Part shown: piece by piece, positions 46,426 through 57,596 of the stretch
How positions within the stretch are numbered: the stretch's first letter is position 1
Layout: each line of letters begins with the position of its first letter
Assembly: GCA_964607705.1 (NCBI GenBank)
Contig: CAZSLI010000004.1
Location: forward strand, 15,750 to 79,749
DNA from: an uncultured Eubacteriales bacterium
Lineage (GTDB): Bacteria; Actinomycetota; Coriobacteriia; Anaerosomatales; PHET01
Length of the DNA: 64,000 nt
Direction of reading: 5' to 3'
Made by a program: the position numbers and the translations under genes
The notes under the pieces: model-generated
What the model saw: the letters and a program-made list of their open reading frames with translations, nothing else
Databases searched by the model: none
What the model was told of the DNA's origin: nothing

Positions 46426-47786
46426 GCGGCGCCTGACCACTTCAGCAGGTAGATCGCTACGAGCCCGAGGCTGTTGAAGAGCGCATGCGTGGCTATAGGC
46501 AGCCAGAGCGTCCGCGACTTCACGTACAGCCTGCCGAGGATGAGTGCCAATACGAAGATCGGCACCATCGCGACCGGCAGCACATGCACAGAGGTGAACG
46601 CGAGCGAGGAGACAAGGATGGCCGTCTTGTCGCCCCACCGCTCCCTGAGCGCGGACAGGAGCACGCCGCGGAAGATGACTTCCTCGGCGAACGGCGCGAG
46701 AACGCAGACCGCTAGTACCGTGAGCAGCACGCCGAGCGGCCCGGAAGGCAACAGCGTCGTGGGATCGATCCCCCGGCCAACGTTGACGCCGAGATACTGC
46801 AACAGCACGCCCCACAGGCCCGACAGCAGGCGTGCACCGAGCGCCACTCCGAACGCCAGCGACAAGAGCGGCGCGAGGGCCGCCGGGCGGAGTCCCACAG
46901 CGTCAGTGAGGCTGTAGCCTGCGCCTCGAGCCACTCCCCAGACGACGACCGTCATCAACAGGTAGCCGCCGATGAGCGCGGCACCCATGGCAGCGGCGGC
47001 GGCCGCATCGGACCATCCCTGAGTGGCCACCCATGCGGCGGCGAGGCCGCATAGCAGGATGATCGCCGTCCCCAGTGCTGTCACTGAGACGGCCCGGGCT
47101 ACGCCCCACGACATCAGCGTGAGCGGCGGTTCCGGTCCGAGCTGCTCGTCGGGAGTAGCGGACGCATCGCTGTCCGCGGCGGACCGCTCGAGCGAATCCG
47201 CGCCGGCTTCGGGTCGGTCGGCGGCCTCGGCCACCAGCGGCCGATAGGGCTCGAACTGTCGCGCCCGGACCAGCAGGGCCGCCACCCTCGGCCACCGCCC
47301 TGACGACGCCTCCCCCGCGATCGCCCGGCGAGCGTCGTCGTCGGCGTCCACAAGCAGCCGGTAGTCAGGATTGAGCCGGTACATCGCCTGGATGCTCGCA
47401 TAAGAGATGAAGCCGCCGAAGATGAGCAAGACGAAGAGCGCCGTGAACGCGACGGCTTCGTACAACGAAAGGAACGGCAGATGCGCCCCGCGGGCGTACG
47501 GCTCGTAGACCGACGGCGACAATGCGAACAGCAGCTGCCAAGACAGCGCAGCGAGCAGCACAGGGGCTGCCAGCATGCCGAGACCGACGCCGAGTATCAG
47601 CCGGTAGCGCCAAGCCGCCTGCGCAAGCTCCGTCTCCACGCGCTCGAGCACGGCCTGCGGGCTGAGGTCGGCCCCCTCGGGCTGGTCGGCACGGCACCGC
47701 AGCACGGTGCCCGGCCTGCGCAAGTCCGGAAAGAGGAAGCGGATGTCGGCCTTCACTCGGCGCGGCGCTATGACGGGCACTGACAC
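46422..47786 (-). CDS. CPBP (CAAX type II) intramembrane metalloprotease with N-terminal membrane extension
   Basis: APFAEEVIFRG, FTSVH, HALFN. Confidence 0.85.
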   Translation of the reverse strand: MSVPVIAPRRVKADIRFLFPDLRRPGTVLRCRADQPEGADLSPQAVLERVETELAQAAWRYRLILGVGLGMLAAPVLLAALSWQLLFALSPSVYEPYARGAHLPFLSLYEAVAFTALFVLLIFGGFISYASIQAMYRLNPDYRLLVDADDDARRAIAGEASSGRWPRVAALLVRARQFEPYRPLVAEAADRPEAGADSLERSAADSDASATPDEQLGPEPPLTLMSWGVARAVSVTALGTAIILLCGLAAAWVATQGWSDAAAAAAMGAALIGGYLLMTVVVWGVARGAGYSLTDAVGLRPAALAPLLSLAFGVALGARLLSGLWGVLLQYLGVNVGRGIDPTTLLPSGPLGVLLTVLAVCVLAPFAEEVIFRGVLLSALRERWGDKTAILVSSLAFTSVHVLPVAMVPIFVLALILGRLYVKSRTLWLPIATHALFNSLGLVAIYLLKWSGAA

Positions 47787-47795
47787 GCGGGCTCC

Positions 47796-50223
<2,428 letters not shown>

Positions 50224-50293
50224 CGGAAGACGCCCCTCTCGGTGATAGGCGCGCACCTGCGTCGCCTGCTGTTATCTTATCCCGCCGCAGTGA

Positions 50294-51025
50294 CTATCCG
50301 AGCACATCCACGCCGACAAGCTTGAGGTCGCCCCAGGCGGCGAGCGCGCCATCGACGCTCACGACGCAGCCGAGGACCCCGCCGATGCCGCGCGCCACAG
50401 CCAGTCCGGCCTCGAGATCGGACGCCGAGCGCACGCGGTTGCCCACGGCACTCGCGGCGGCATCGGCCAGTGCGCCGGACCGCGCGATCACGGTCGCGGC
50501 GTCCGCCCTGCCGAGCGATATCGAGGGGCCCACCGTCGCGCTCGACGTGGCCACCGCGAGCGGGAGCGAGGTGCCGCTGAGCTCTATCCCGACGCCACGA
50601 GCGCCGTTCTCGCCCGCCCAGAGCGCCACCGTCCGGTCGCGCGACCCGCACAGGTAGACGTCCCCGCCGTTCTCGACAATCACCTCGTCGCTCAACGGCC
50701 ACAGGGCACGCGCCACGTACTCGGCAACCGCACCGGCGACCGCGGCCATCGGGCCCACTCCGGCAACCTCGGCCGCCCGAGCCATCTCGACCACGACCGG
50801 CCCGGCCGATGCGTCGACCGGCACGGGCACGAATGAGTCGCCGAAACGGGGGTGCCGGACCACGTAGTCCTCGACCTGGGAGCGTGCCTCTGATGCGGCG
50901 GCGGTTGCCGGGTCGCTGAGGTCTGAACTGGCCAGGATCTGCAGGTCTGTGGTGGCGAGCACCACCTCGAATGCGCACAGGCCGGCGTCTACCGCCCGGC
51001 GATACGTTCTCGGTTGATACGCCAC
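50294..51025 (-). CDS. UPF0280 / COG2122 ApbE-like protein
   Basis: YQPRTYR, TDLQI, GPMAAVAGA, VENGGD, ATSSATVGPSISLG.ADA, ADAAA. Confidence 0.88.
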   Translation of the reverse strand: MAYQPRTYRRAVDAGLCAFEVVLATTDLQILASSDLSDPATAAASEARSQVEDYVVRHPRFGDSFVPVPVDASAGPVVVEMARAAEVAGVGPMAAVAGAVAEYVARALWPLSDEVIVENGGDVYLCGSRDRTVALWAGENGARGVGIELSGTSLPLAVATSSATVGPSISLGRADAATVIARSGALADAAASAVGNRVRSASDLEAGLAVARGIGGVLGCVVSVDGALAAWGDLKLVGVDVLG

Positions 51026-51271
51026 GTATGCCCCCGAACGCACCGGGACGCCCGCTGCATATGCACCGAGCGTCCCTGAATCAATGAAGAAGAGTCCCCT
51101 AGGGGTGACCCCCACGGACAAGATAGCCGAAACATCCAAGGATTGCCAGTCGGTCTCATGCTGTCCAGGGGCATTTCCGCACCGTCGAGCCCTGCCAATG
51201 TCTGCCGTTCCGATGGCACAGGTGGGCGAACGGGGATACCCTACAGAGGGACCACGTGGTAAGGAGCACCG

Positions 51272-52306
51272 ATGCGCGAGATCCTAGAGCTGTGCGTCGA
51301 GCTGGATCGCAAGGCGTACGACGATTACCGTGCGCTGGCTCATCTCTGCCGAGTACCCGAGTTGGCGACCATCTTCGAGCAGATGGCCACCGAGGAACGT
51401 GTCCACGTCGACTGGTGGTCTGACCTTCTCATCGCATGGGAGGGCGGGCTCGTCCCCGACATCGCCGATGAGCACAACCTCTTCGAGCGACTCAAGGAAC
51501 TGAGCACGGAAGTCGCAGCGATCTCGCCGGACGACATGCCGGACATGAGCACCGACGACATGCTCGATCTTGCCACGATGCTCGAGTTCTACATGCTGGA
51601 CCCCGTCTTCGGCGAGCTTGTGGACATCATGCAGCCCGGCAGCCGGGTGGAGGTCAGGGAGGCCTACTCCCGCCACGTGCTGCGGCTCGTAGAAGCCATC
51701 GAGCGCTTCTACACGCGGCCCGGGCTGGCGGCCTTCCTTGCGGGCGTGCTGAAGCGCGCCTATCGCGACCAGCAGCGGCTCGCCGCCCTCGCCATGCGGG
51801 ACCAGCTCACCGGCCTCTACAATCGCCGAGGACTCCTCGGGCACCTCACGCAGTGGCTGTCGTGGTCCGAGCGCTACAAGCATCCGGTCGGCGTGGCGCT
51901 CGTCGACCTCGACCACTTCAAGGCGATCAACGACACGCTCGGCCATGCGGGCGGGGACGAGGCGCTGTGCACCGTCGCCCGCATACTCAGGGAGACCGTG
52001 CGCGGCTCCGACGTCGTGGGGCGGTTCGGCGGTGACGAGTTCCTCGTGCTGGCGCCGGAGGCGGACGACGAAGTCCTCGGCCAGCTTATGGTCCGCATCG
52101 TCGAGGCCGTGGGCGACGCCCCGATCGACATCGGAGGCCGCTCAGTGACGCTGTCGGTGAGCGCCGGCGGCGCGTGGGTGCCGGGCGGAGTGGCTATCAC
52201 GCCGGAGATCCTGGTGGCGAAGGCGGACCGCTCGATGTACGAAGCGAAGTCCGAGGGCCGGAACCGTTCGAGCGCGCCTGCAAAGCTCGCCGAACCGGTC
52301 AGCTGA
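51272..52306 (+). CDS. Diguanylate cyclase with N-terminal ferritin/rubrerythrin-like domain
   Basis: D.LTGLYNRR, DLDHFKAINDTLGH.GGD, RGSD I-site, intact GGDEF; N-terminal EERVH motif. Confidence 0.88.
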   Translation: MREILELCVELDRKAYDDYRALAHLCRVPELATIFEQMATEERVHVDWWSDLLIAWEGGLVPDIADEHNLFERLKELSTEVAAISPDDMPDMSTDDMLDLATMLEFYMLDPVFGELVDIMQPGSRVEVREAYSRHVLRLVEAIERFYTRPGLAAFLAGVLKRAYRDQQRLAALAMRDQLTGLYNRRGLLGHLTQWLSWSERYKHPVGVALVDLDHFKAINDTLGHAGGDEALCTVARILRETVRGSDVVGRFGGDEFLVLAPEADDEVLGQLMVRIVEAVGDAPIDIGGRSVTLSVSAGGAWVPGGVAITPEILVAKADRSMYEAKSEGRNRSSAPAKLAEPVS

Positions 52307-53216
52307 CGTCCTCGGCGAGCTCGCCCGCGTGATAGCTCGAGCGGACGAACGGTGCGCTGGCCACGGCATCGAACCCCATCGCGTACCCATCACGCGCAAG
52401 CTGTGCAAAGACCTCGGGCTCAACAAACTCCGTGACAGGTAGGTGTCGGCTGCTCGGCCGGAGGTACTGGCCGAGGGTGAGCATCGTCACGCCATGCGCG
52501 CGCAGGTCACGCATGACCGCGCGCACCTCGTCGGGCGTCTCACCCAGACCGAGCATCAGGCCGGACTTGGTGGGCACGTCGGAGCGCCGTCGTGACACCC
52601 GGCGCAGCACCTCGAGGCTTCGCTCGTAGACGGCTTGGGGACGCACCTCGGTGTAGAGGCGCGGGACGGTCTCGACATTGTGATTGAAGACATCGGGACG
52701 CGCGTCGGCGACCAGGTCGACCGAGCCGAGATCGCCCGCAAAGTCACTGGTGAGCACCTCCACCGCAGCGTCCGGCGCCGCGGCGCGCACGGCGTTCATG
52801 ACGGCCACGAAGTGGGCGGCGCCCCCATCGGTCAGGTCGTCACGGGTGACCGACGTGATCACCACGTGACGCAGGCCCAGCCGGGCGACCGCCTCACCGA
52901 CTCGCGCGGGCTCGTTCGGGTCGAGCGGTTCGGGGCACTGGGTCTCTACCGCGCAGAACCGGCAGCCGCGTGTACAGGCGCCACCCATGATGAGGAACGT
53001 GGCTGTGCCCTCGCTGAAGCACTCGCCGCGGTTCGGGCACTTGGCAGACTGGCACACGGTGTTGAGCTTGAGCTCAGCGAGCAGCCCGTCCACCTCGGTG
53101 TAGGCGCCCGAATGGGCTATGGGCCGCCGAAGCCACGCCGGCAGTCGCTTGGTGCGCTCGGTGGTGCCGTGAGCGTACTCGGCGGGGGGCTGGTGCGATG
53201 AGGTCTCGTGAGGCAT
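52299..53216 (-). CDS. lipA: Lipoyl synthase
   Basis: VCQSAKCPNRGEC, CTRGCRFC, HNVETV, RSSYHA; extended -10 TGCTACCAT just before ATG 53216 (leaderless candidate). Confidence 0.95.
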   Translation of the reverse strand: MPHETSSHQPPAEYAHGTTERTKRLPAWLRRPIAHSGAYTEVDGLLAELKLNTVCQSAKCPNRGECFSEGTATFLIMGGACTRGCRFCAVETQCPEPLDPNEPARVGEAVARLGLRHVVITSVTRDDLTDGGAAHFVAVMNAVRAAAPDAAVEVLTSDFAGDLGSVDLVADARPDVFNHNVETVPRLYTEVRPQAVYERSLEVLRRVSRRRSDVPTKSGLMLGLGETPDEVRAVMRDLRAHGVTMLTLGQYLRPSSRHLPVTEFVEPEVFAQLARDGYAMGFDAVASAPFVRSSYHAGELAEDVS

Positions 53217-53266
53217 GCCGCGCATGGTAGCACGCCACCGCGCTTCTTCGAACGCGCGCTGAAGCG

Positions 53267-54646
53267 CTAGACCTTCCCGGCAGCGTCGAGGGCCGCGAAC
53301 TTGATGACCTCGCTGACGGTCGGGTGGCCGTGAACTGTGTGTGCGAGCTGCTTGACCGTGACTCCGTTGGCCATGCAGACGGCCACCTCATGGATGATCT
53401 CCACCGCGTGCGGCCCGACGATCTGGCAGCCGACGATGCGCCCGCTGCCCTTCTCGGCGACGATCTGCACGAACCCGTCGCTTTCGCCCTCGCCGAGGGC
53501 CTTCCCGTTCGCCGAGAACTTCGACACCGCCTGGATGGCGTCGATGCCGCGCTCCTTGGCGCCGTCCTTCGTGCGACCGACGACTGCGACCTCGGGGAAC
53601 GTGTAGACGCACGCCGGGATGCAGTCGAGGCACACGGTGTCGCTCGGCTGCTCACCCTTGAGCGCCGCGACGGCGTTGCGTGCGGCCGCGATACCCTCGT
53701 CCTCGGCCACGTGCGCGAGCATCATGCCGCCGATGAGGTCGCCGATGGCGTAGACGCCCGCAAGGTTCGTACGGAAGTACTCGTCGACCTTGAGTGCGCG
53801 GCGATCGAACTCGATGCCGGCCGCCTCGTAGCCGAAGCCCGCGGAGTTGGGCACCCGACCCACGGCGCTCATGACGATCTCGCTCTCGAGAACGGCTCCA
53901 CTTGCGAGCGTGGAGCGCATGCGCTCACCCACCCGCTCGACCGTCTGGACCGAGTCGCCGATGTGGAACTCGACCCCAAGCTCCTCGAGATGCTGCTGTG
54001 TCAGGCGGACCACGCGCTTGTCGTTGCCGGGAAGCACCTGCGGGGCGAGCTCGACGACCGTGACTTTGCTGCCGAACGCGGCGTAGGCGCAGGCGAACTC
54101 GAGGCCGATGACCCCGCCGCCGATGATGAGGATGTCCTTCGGGATGTCCTTGAGCGAAACGGCATCGTCGCTGGTCCAGACGCCGGCCATGTCGTGATCG
54201 ATGTTCGGGAGCCTGAAGACGATCGAGCCGGTTGCGAGGATGACCGCATCCGCCTCGACCGTGCGTGTGCCGCCGTCCGCGAGTGCCACCTCGACAGTCT
54301 TCTCGCCCGCGAGCTTGCCCTCGCCATAGACGACCTCGACCTTGAGGCGCTTGGCACTCGACTCCACCTGGCCCACGAGCTCGTCGACCACGCCCTCCTT
54401 GCGGGCGCGCAGACGAGCGACGTCCACCGTGGCGACCTCGACGTCGAGACCGAACTCCTCGGCGTTACGCGTGTCGGCGACGATGTGAGCCGAGCGCAGG
54501 ATGGTCTTGGTGGGGATGCAGCCCCAGTTCAGGCAGGTGCCTCCGAGCCGCTCGCGTTCGACCAGCACGACCTCGGCGCCAAGCCGGGCCGCTTCGAATG
54601 CCGCCGAGTAACCACCGGGACCGCCGCCGAGAACCGCGATACGCAT
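53267..54646 (-). CDS. lpdA: Dihydrolipoyl dehydrogenase
   Basis: GGGPGGY, GGTCLNWGCIPTK, GGGVIGLE, HGHPTVSE. Confidence 0.93.
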   Translation of the reverse strand: MRIAVLGGGPGGYSAAFEAARLGAEVVLVERERLGGTCLNWGCIPTKTILRSAHIVADTRNAEEFGLDVEVATVDVARLRARKEGVVDELVGQVESSAKRLKVEVVYGEGKLAGEKTVEVALADGGTRTVEADAVILATGSIVFRLPNIDHDMAGVWTSDDAVSLKDIPKDILIIGGGVIGLEFACAYAAFGSKVTVVELAPQVLPGNDKRVVRLTQQHLEELGVEFHIGDSVQTVERVGERMRSTLASGAVLESEIVMSAVGRVPNSAGFGYEAAGIEFDRRALKVDEYFRTNLAGVYAIGDLIGGMMLAHVAEDEGIAAARNAVAALKGEQPSDTVCLDCIPACVYTFPEVAVVGRTKDGAKERGIDAIQAVSKFSANGKALGEGESDGFVQIVAEKGSGRIVGCQIVGPHAVEIIHEVAVCMANGVTVKQLAHTVHGHPTVSEVIKFAALDAAGKV

Positions 54647-54785
54647 AAGGAGACCCTCCGAACTCACCCTATGGGCAGATAGTCCGGAGATTCTAGCATG
54701 CCGAGGAATCACATCGGGTGCTGAGCGGAACCTTCCCGGCGCGTCATCGCGGGCGATCGTCTCCGCCGAACCGCCCCTAGCCCGG

Positions 54786-55658
54786 CTAGGCGAGATCGGC
54801 GCCCTCGAGGATCACGCGCACCGCGTCATCGGAGCCAAGCGGCATGATGTGGACCCCATCGGCCATCGCCTTGAGTTCGCGCACCTGCTCGGTGGCGAGC
54901 GCGATCGACTCGGCGAGCGGGTCGGCGGCTCCCTTGATGCGGGACTCGATCGCTTCCGGCACCATGAGACCCGCAAGCTTGCTGTTGATGAAGTCGATCA
55001 CCCGTCCGCTCTTGAACAGCAGGACGCCGGCGATGAGCTTCACGCCGTAGGGCTCCAGCGCCTCTGCCGCGCGCGCGAACTTGGCCACGTCGGTCACGGC
55101 CTGAGTCTGGAAGAACCGCGCGCCGGCCTCTATCTTCTGCACCGTGCGCTCCAGCTGGATGTCGAAGGGCTCCGCTTCAGGGAACGCTGCGGCGCCGAGA
55201 AGGAAGTCGGTCGCCCCGGTGAGCGCAGAGCCGTTCATGTCCGCCCCGTCGTTCAGGCCCCGCGCGACGCCCAAGAGCTGCGTCGAGTCGAGGTCGAACA
55301 CGCCCTTGGCCTCCGGGTGATCGCCGCCGCGGGGATCGTCGCCCGTCACGATCAGCACGTTCTCGAGGCCCAGCGTCCACGCGGCGAGCAGATCGCTTTG
55401 CAGCGCAAGGCGGTTCCGGTCCCGGCAGGTCTGCTGGAATATGGGCTCGAATCCGGCGTCCAGCACCGCGCGAGACGCAGCGAGCGAACTCAGGTGCAGA
55501 GTCGCTCCCTGATTGTCAGTGACGTTGAGCGCGTGACAGTAGGGTCCCAGCCGCTCGACGCTCGCGAGCATCGCCGAGTAGTCGGTCCCGTGGGGCGGCG
55601 CTACCTCGCCGGTGACGACGAACTCACCGCGCTCGAGCGCATCGCGCAGACGGCTCAT
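54786..55658 (-). CDS. metF: Methylenetetrahydrofolate reductase MetF subunit
   Basis: VTGEVAPP, NVTDNQ, CRDRNRLALQSDL, TGD, KIEAGARFFQTQ. Confidence 0.93.
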   Translation of the reverse strand: MSRLRDALERGEFVVTGEVAPPHGTDYSAMLASVERLGPYCHALNVTDNQGATLHLSSLAASRAVLDAGFEPIFQQTCRDRNRLALQSDLLAAWTLGLENVLIVTGDDPRGGDHPEAKGVFDLDSTQLLGVARGLNDGADMNGSALTGATDFLLGAAAFPEAEPFDIQLERTVQKIEAGARFFQTQAVTDVAKFARAAEALEPYGVKLIAGVLLFKSGRVIDFINSKLAGLMVPEAIESRIKGAADPLAESIALATEQVRELKAMADGVHIMPLGSDDAVRVILEGADLA

Positions 55659-56326
55659 CGGCTGTCGCCCTCTCCGCGCTGCTCGCGCATGTTGACGCTG
55701 CCCGGCTTGAGCTTCACGGCATAGTTCTTCGGCGGGACGCTCTTGGCGGCGGTCCTTCCCTGCTCGGCGAGGCGCCGGCGGATACGGACGTGAGTGCACT
55801 CGCGGTCGGCGAGCACCTCGCACTTGCCGTTCCACATGCCACCGCACGGCCCGTTGAGCAGGCCTTTCGGGCAGGTCGTGACCGGGCAGATGCCGGCAGT
55901 CAGGTCGAGAACGCAGTCGCCGCAGGTTTGGCAACGCTCTTCGAAGACGCCGTGGCGGACCACCGTGCCGAGGAAGGCGCTGTCGAGTGCGGGAAACACC
56001 GGCTTCTTCACCGCATCCGCCACCGTCTGCACTCCTGCGCCGCACGTGAGCACCAGGAGTGCGTCAGCGCGGTCGATGTCACCGGAGTTCTTGCGCGTGT
56101 CCAGCCGCGTGCCGCCCTGATGGCAGGCGACCTCGCCTATCGCCCAGCCCGTGACCTCGAAGCCCTCGGCCTCGAGGCGCGCCTTGGACGTCATGATCGC
56201 CTTTTCGCCGCCGGTACCGGCGACGGTGGCACACTGGCCGCAGCCCATGAGGAAGACACGCTTCGCGCCGATCTCCTCGAGATTGCGGCGGATGCGGTTC
56301 CAGTCGCGTGGCTTGGTGATGATCAC
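55655..56326 (-). CDS. metV: MetV (Fe-S/FMN subunit of MTHFR)
   Basis: GCGQCAT, CGAGVQ, ERCQTCGDC, CP.T.CPKGLLNGPCGG...CE; coupled to metF. Confidence 0.88.
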   Translation of the reverse strand: MIITKPRDWNRIRRNLEEIGAKRVFLMGCGQCATVAGTGGEKAIMTSKARLEAEGFEVTGWAIGEVACHQGGTRLDTRKNSGDIDRADALLVLTCGAGVQTVADAVKKPVFPALDSAFLGTVVRHGVFEERCQTCGDCVLDLTAGICPVTTCPKGLLNGPCGGMWNGKCEVLADRECTHVRIRRRLAEQGRTAAKSVPPKNYAVKLKPGSVNMREQRGEGDSR

Positions 56327-56406
56327 GTTCGGCCTCCTCGGCACTCGCTCAGGCGCATGCGCGTGAGAGTCCCGACACGATAGCGCGTGCCCCGTACCGC
56401 GGCAAA

Positions 56407-57531
56407 CTAACCGAGCTGCTCGGCCAGCACCTCGGCGATGCGAGTGGCGGCGGTCCCGTCGCCGAACGGGTTGGCTGCGTGCGCCATCGCTGCATATTCC
56501 TCGGCATCATCGAGCAGCAGGGACGCCTCAGCGAAGACCCGCTCCTCGTCCGTACCCACGAGCCGCACGGTGCCGGCCGCCACCGCCTCGGGTCGCTCGG
56601 TGCAATCACGCATGACCAACACCGGGACGCCGAGCGAGGGCGCCTCCTCCTGCATGCCGCCGGAGTCCGACAGGATGAGCGTGGACGCCTTCATCAGGTT
56701 GACGAACGGCACGTAGTCGAGCGGAGCCAGCAGGTCGACGCGGTCCACACCGCCGAGGACCTCGCGCGCGATCTCCTGCACCTCCGGGTTGAGATGCACC
56801 GAGAAGAGCACATGGACGTCGGGATGCGTCTCCACCAGGCGCTTCGCGGCGCGGCACACGCACCCGATGGGGTCGCCCCAGTTCTCGCGACGATGGCTCG
56901 TCATGAGGACGATGCGCCTTCCGCTCTCGATCGCCGAGCGCACCGGGCCTTCGGGAAACTCGTACGGCATCTCGAGGACCTCGAACAGCGCGTCGACAAC
57001 GGTGTTGCCGGTCATCCACACCTTCGCAGGGTCGACGCCGTCGCGCAGCAAGCGCGACTCGGCGACGCCGGTCGGCGGGAAGTGCCACGTCGCGATCTGC
57101 GTGGCCAGGCGCCGGTTCATCTCCTCGGGAAAGGGTGCATAGACGTCATCTGTGCGCAGGCCGGCCTCGACGTGCCCAACCGGGATCTTGCGATAGAAGG
57201 CGGCGAGCGCCGTGACGAAAGTCGTCGTGGTATCGCCCTGCACGAGCACCGCATCAGGCTTGAGCTCGTCGAGCGCCGGCCCCACGCGCTCCAGCACGCG
57301 GCTCGTGAGGCCGTCGAGCGTCTGCCGAGGAAGCATGACCGCCAGGTCGATGTCGGCCTGGATATCGAAGACTCTCAGCACCTGGTCGAGCATCTCGCGA
57401 TGCTGGCCGGTGACGAGCACCTGCACGTCGAAGCCGCCGTGGCGGCGCAGCGCGTGAACCACGGGCGCCATCTTGATGGCCTCAGGCCGCGTTCCGAACG
57501 CGACGGCGATGGTCTTGCGGGTCATCGGCAT
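56407..57531 (-). CDS. wecB: UDP-N-acetylglucosamine 2-epimerase (non-hydrolysing)
   Basis: FGTRPEAIKMAP, TGQHREM, QGDT, HVEAGLR, PEEMNR, DSGGMQEE, NPFGDG. Confidence 0.95.
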   Translation of the reverse strand: MPMTRKTIAVAFGTRPEAIKMAPVVHALRRHGGFDVQVLVTGQHREMLDQVLRVFDIQADIDLAVMLPRQTLDGLTSRVLERVGPALDELKPDAVLVQGDTTTTFVTALAAFYRKIPVGHVEAGLRTDDVYAPFPEEMNRRLATQIATWHFPPTGVAESRLLRDGVDPAKVWMTGNTVVDALFEVLEMPYEFPEGPVRSAIESGRRIVLMTSHRRENWGDPIGCVCRAAKRLVETHPDVHVLFSVHLNPEVQEIAREVLGGVDRVDLLAPLDYVPFVNLMKASTLILSDSGGMQEEAPSLGVPVLVMRDCTERPEAVAAGTVRLVGTDEERVFAEASLLLDDAEEYAAMAHAANPFGDGTAATRIAEVLAEQLG

Positions 57532-57596
57532 ACCTCCGCGGCAAGGCTACCCTAGCCGAGCAGCCCAGCGCCAGAGCCGCCGAGTGCATCGCCTCG

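Noticed and set aside
56407-57531. wecB inside the methionine block as sign of a novel pathway
   Set aside because: Ordinary housekeeping epimerase with its own RBS; nothing in the sequence links it functionally to its neighbours.
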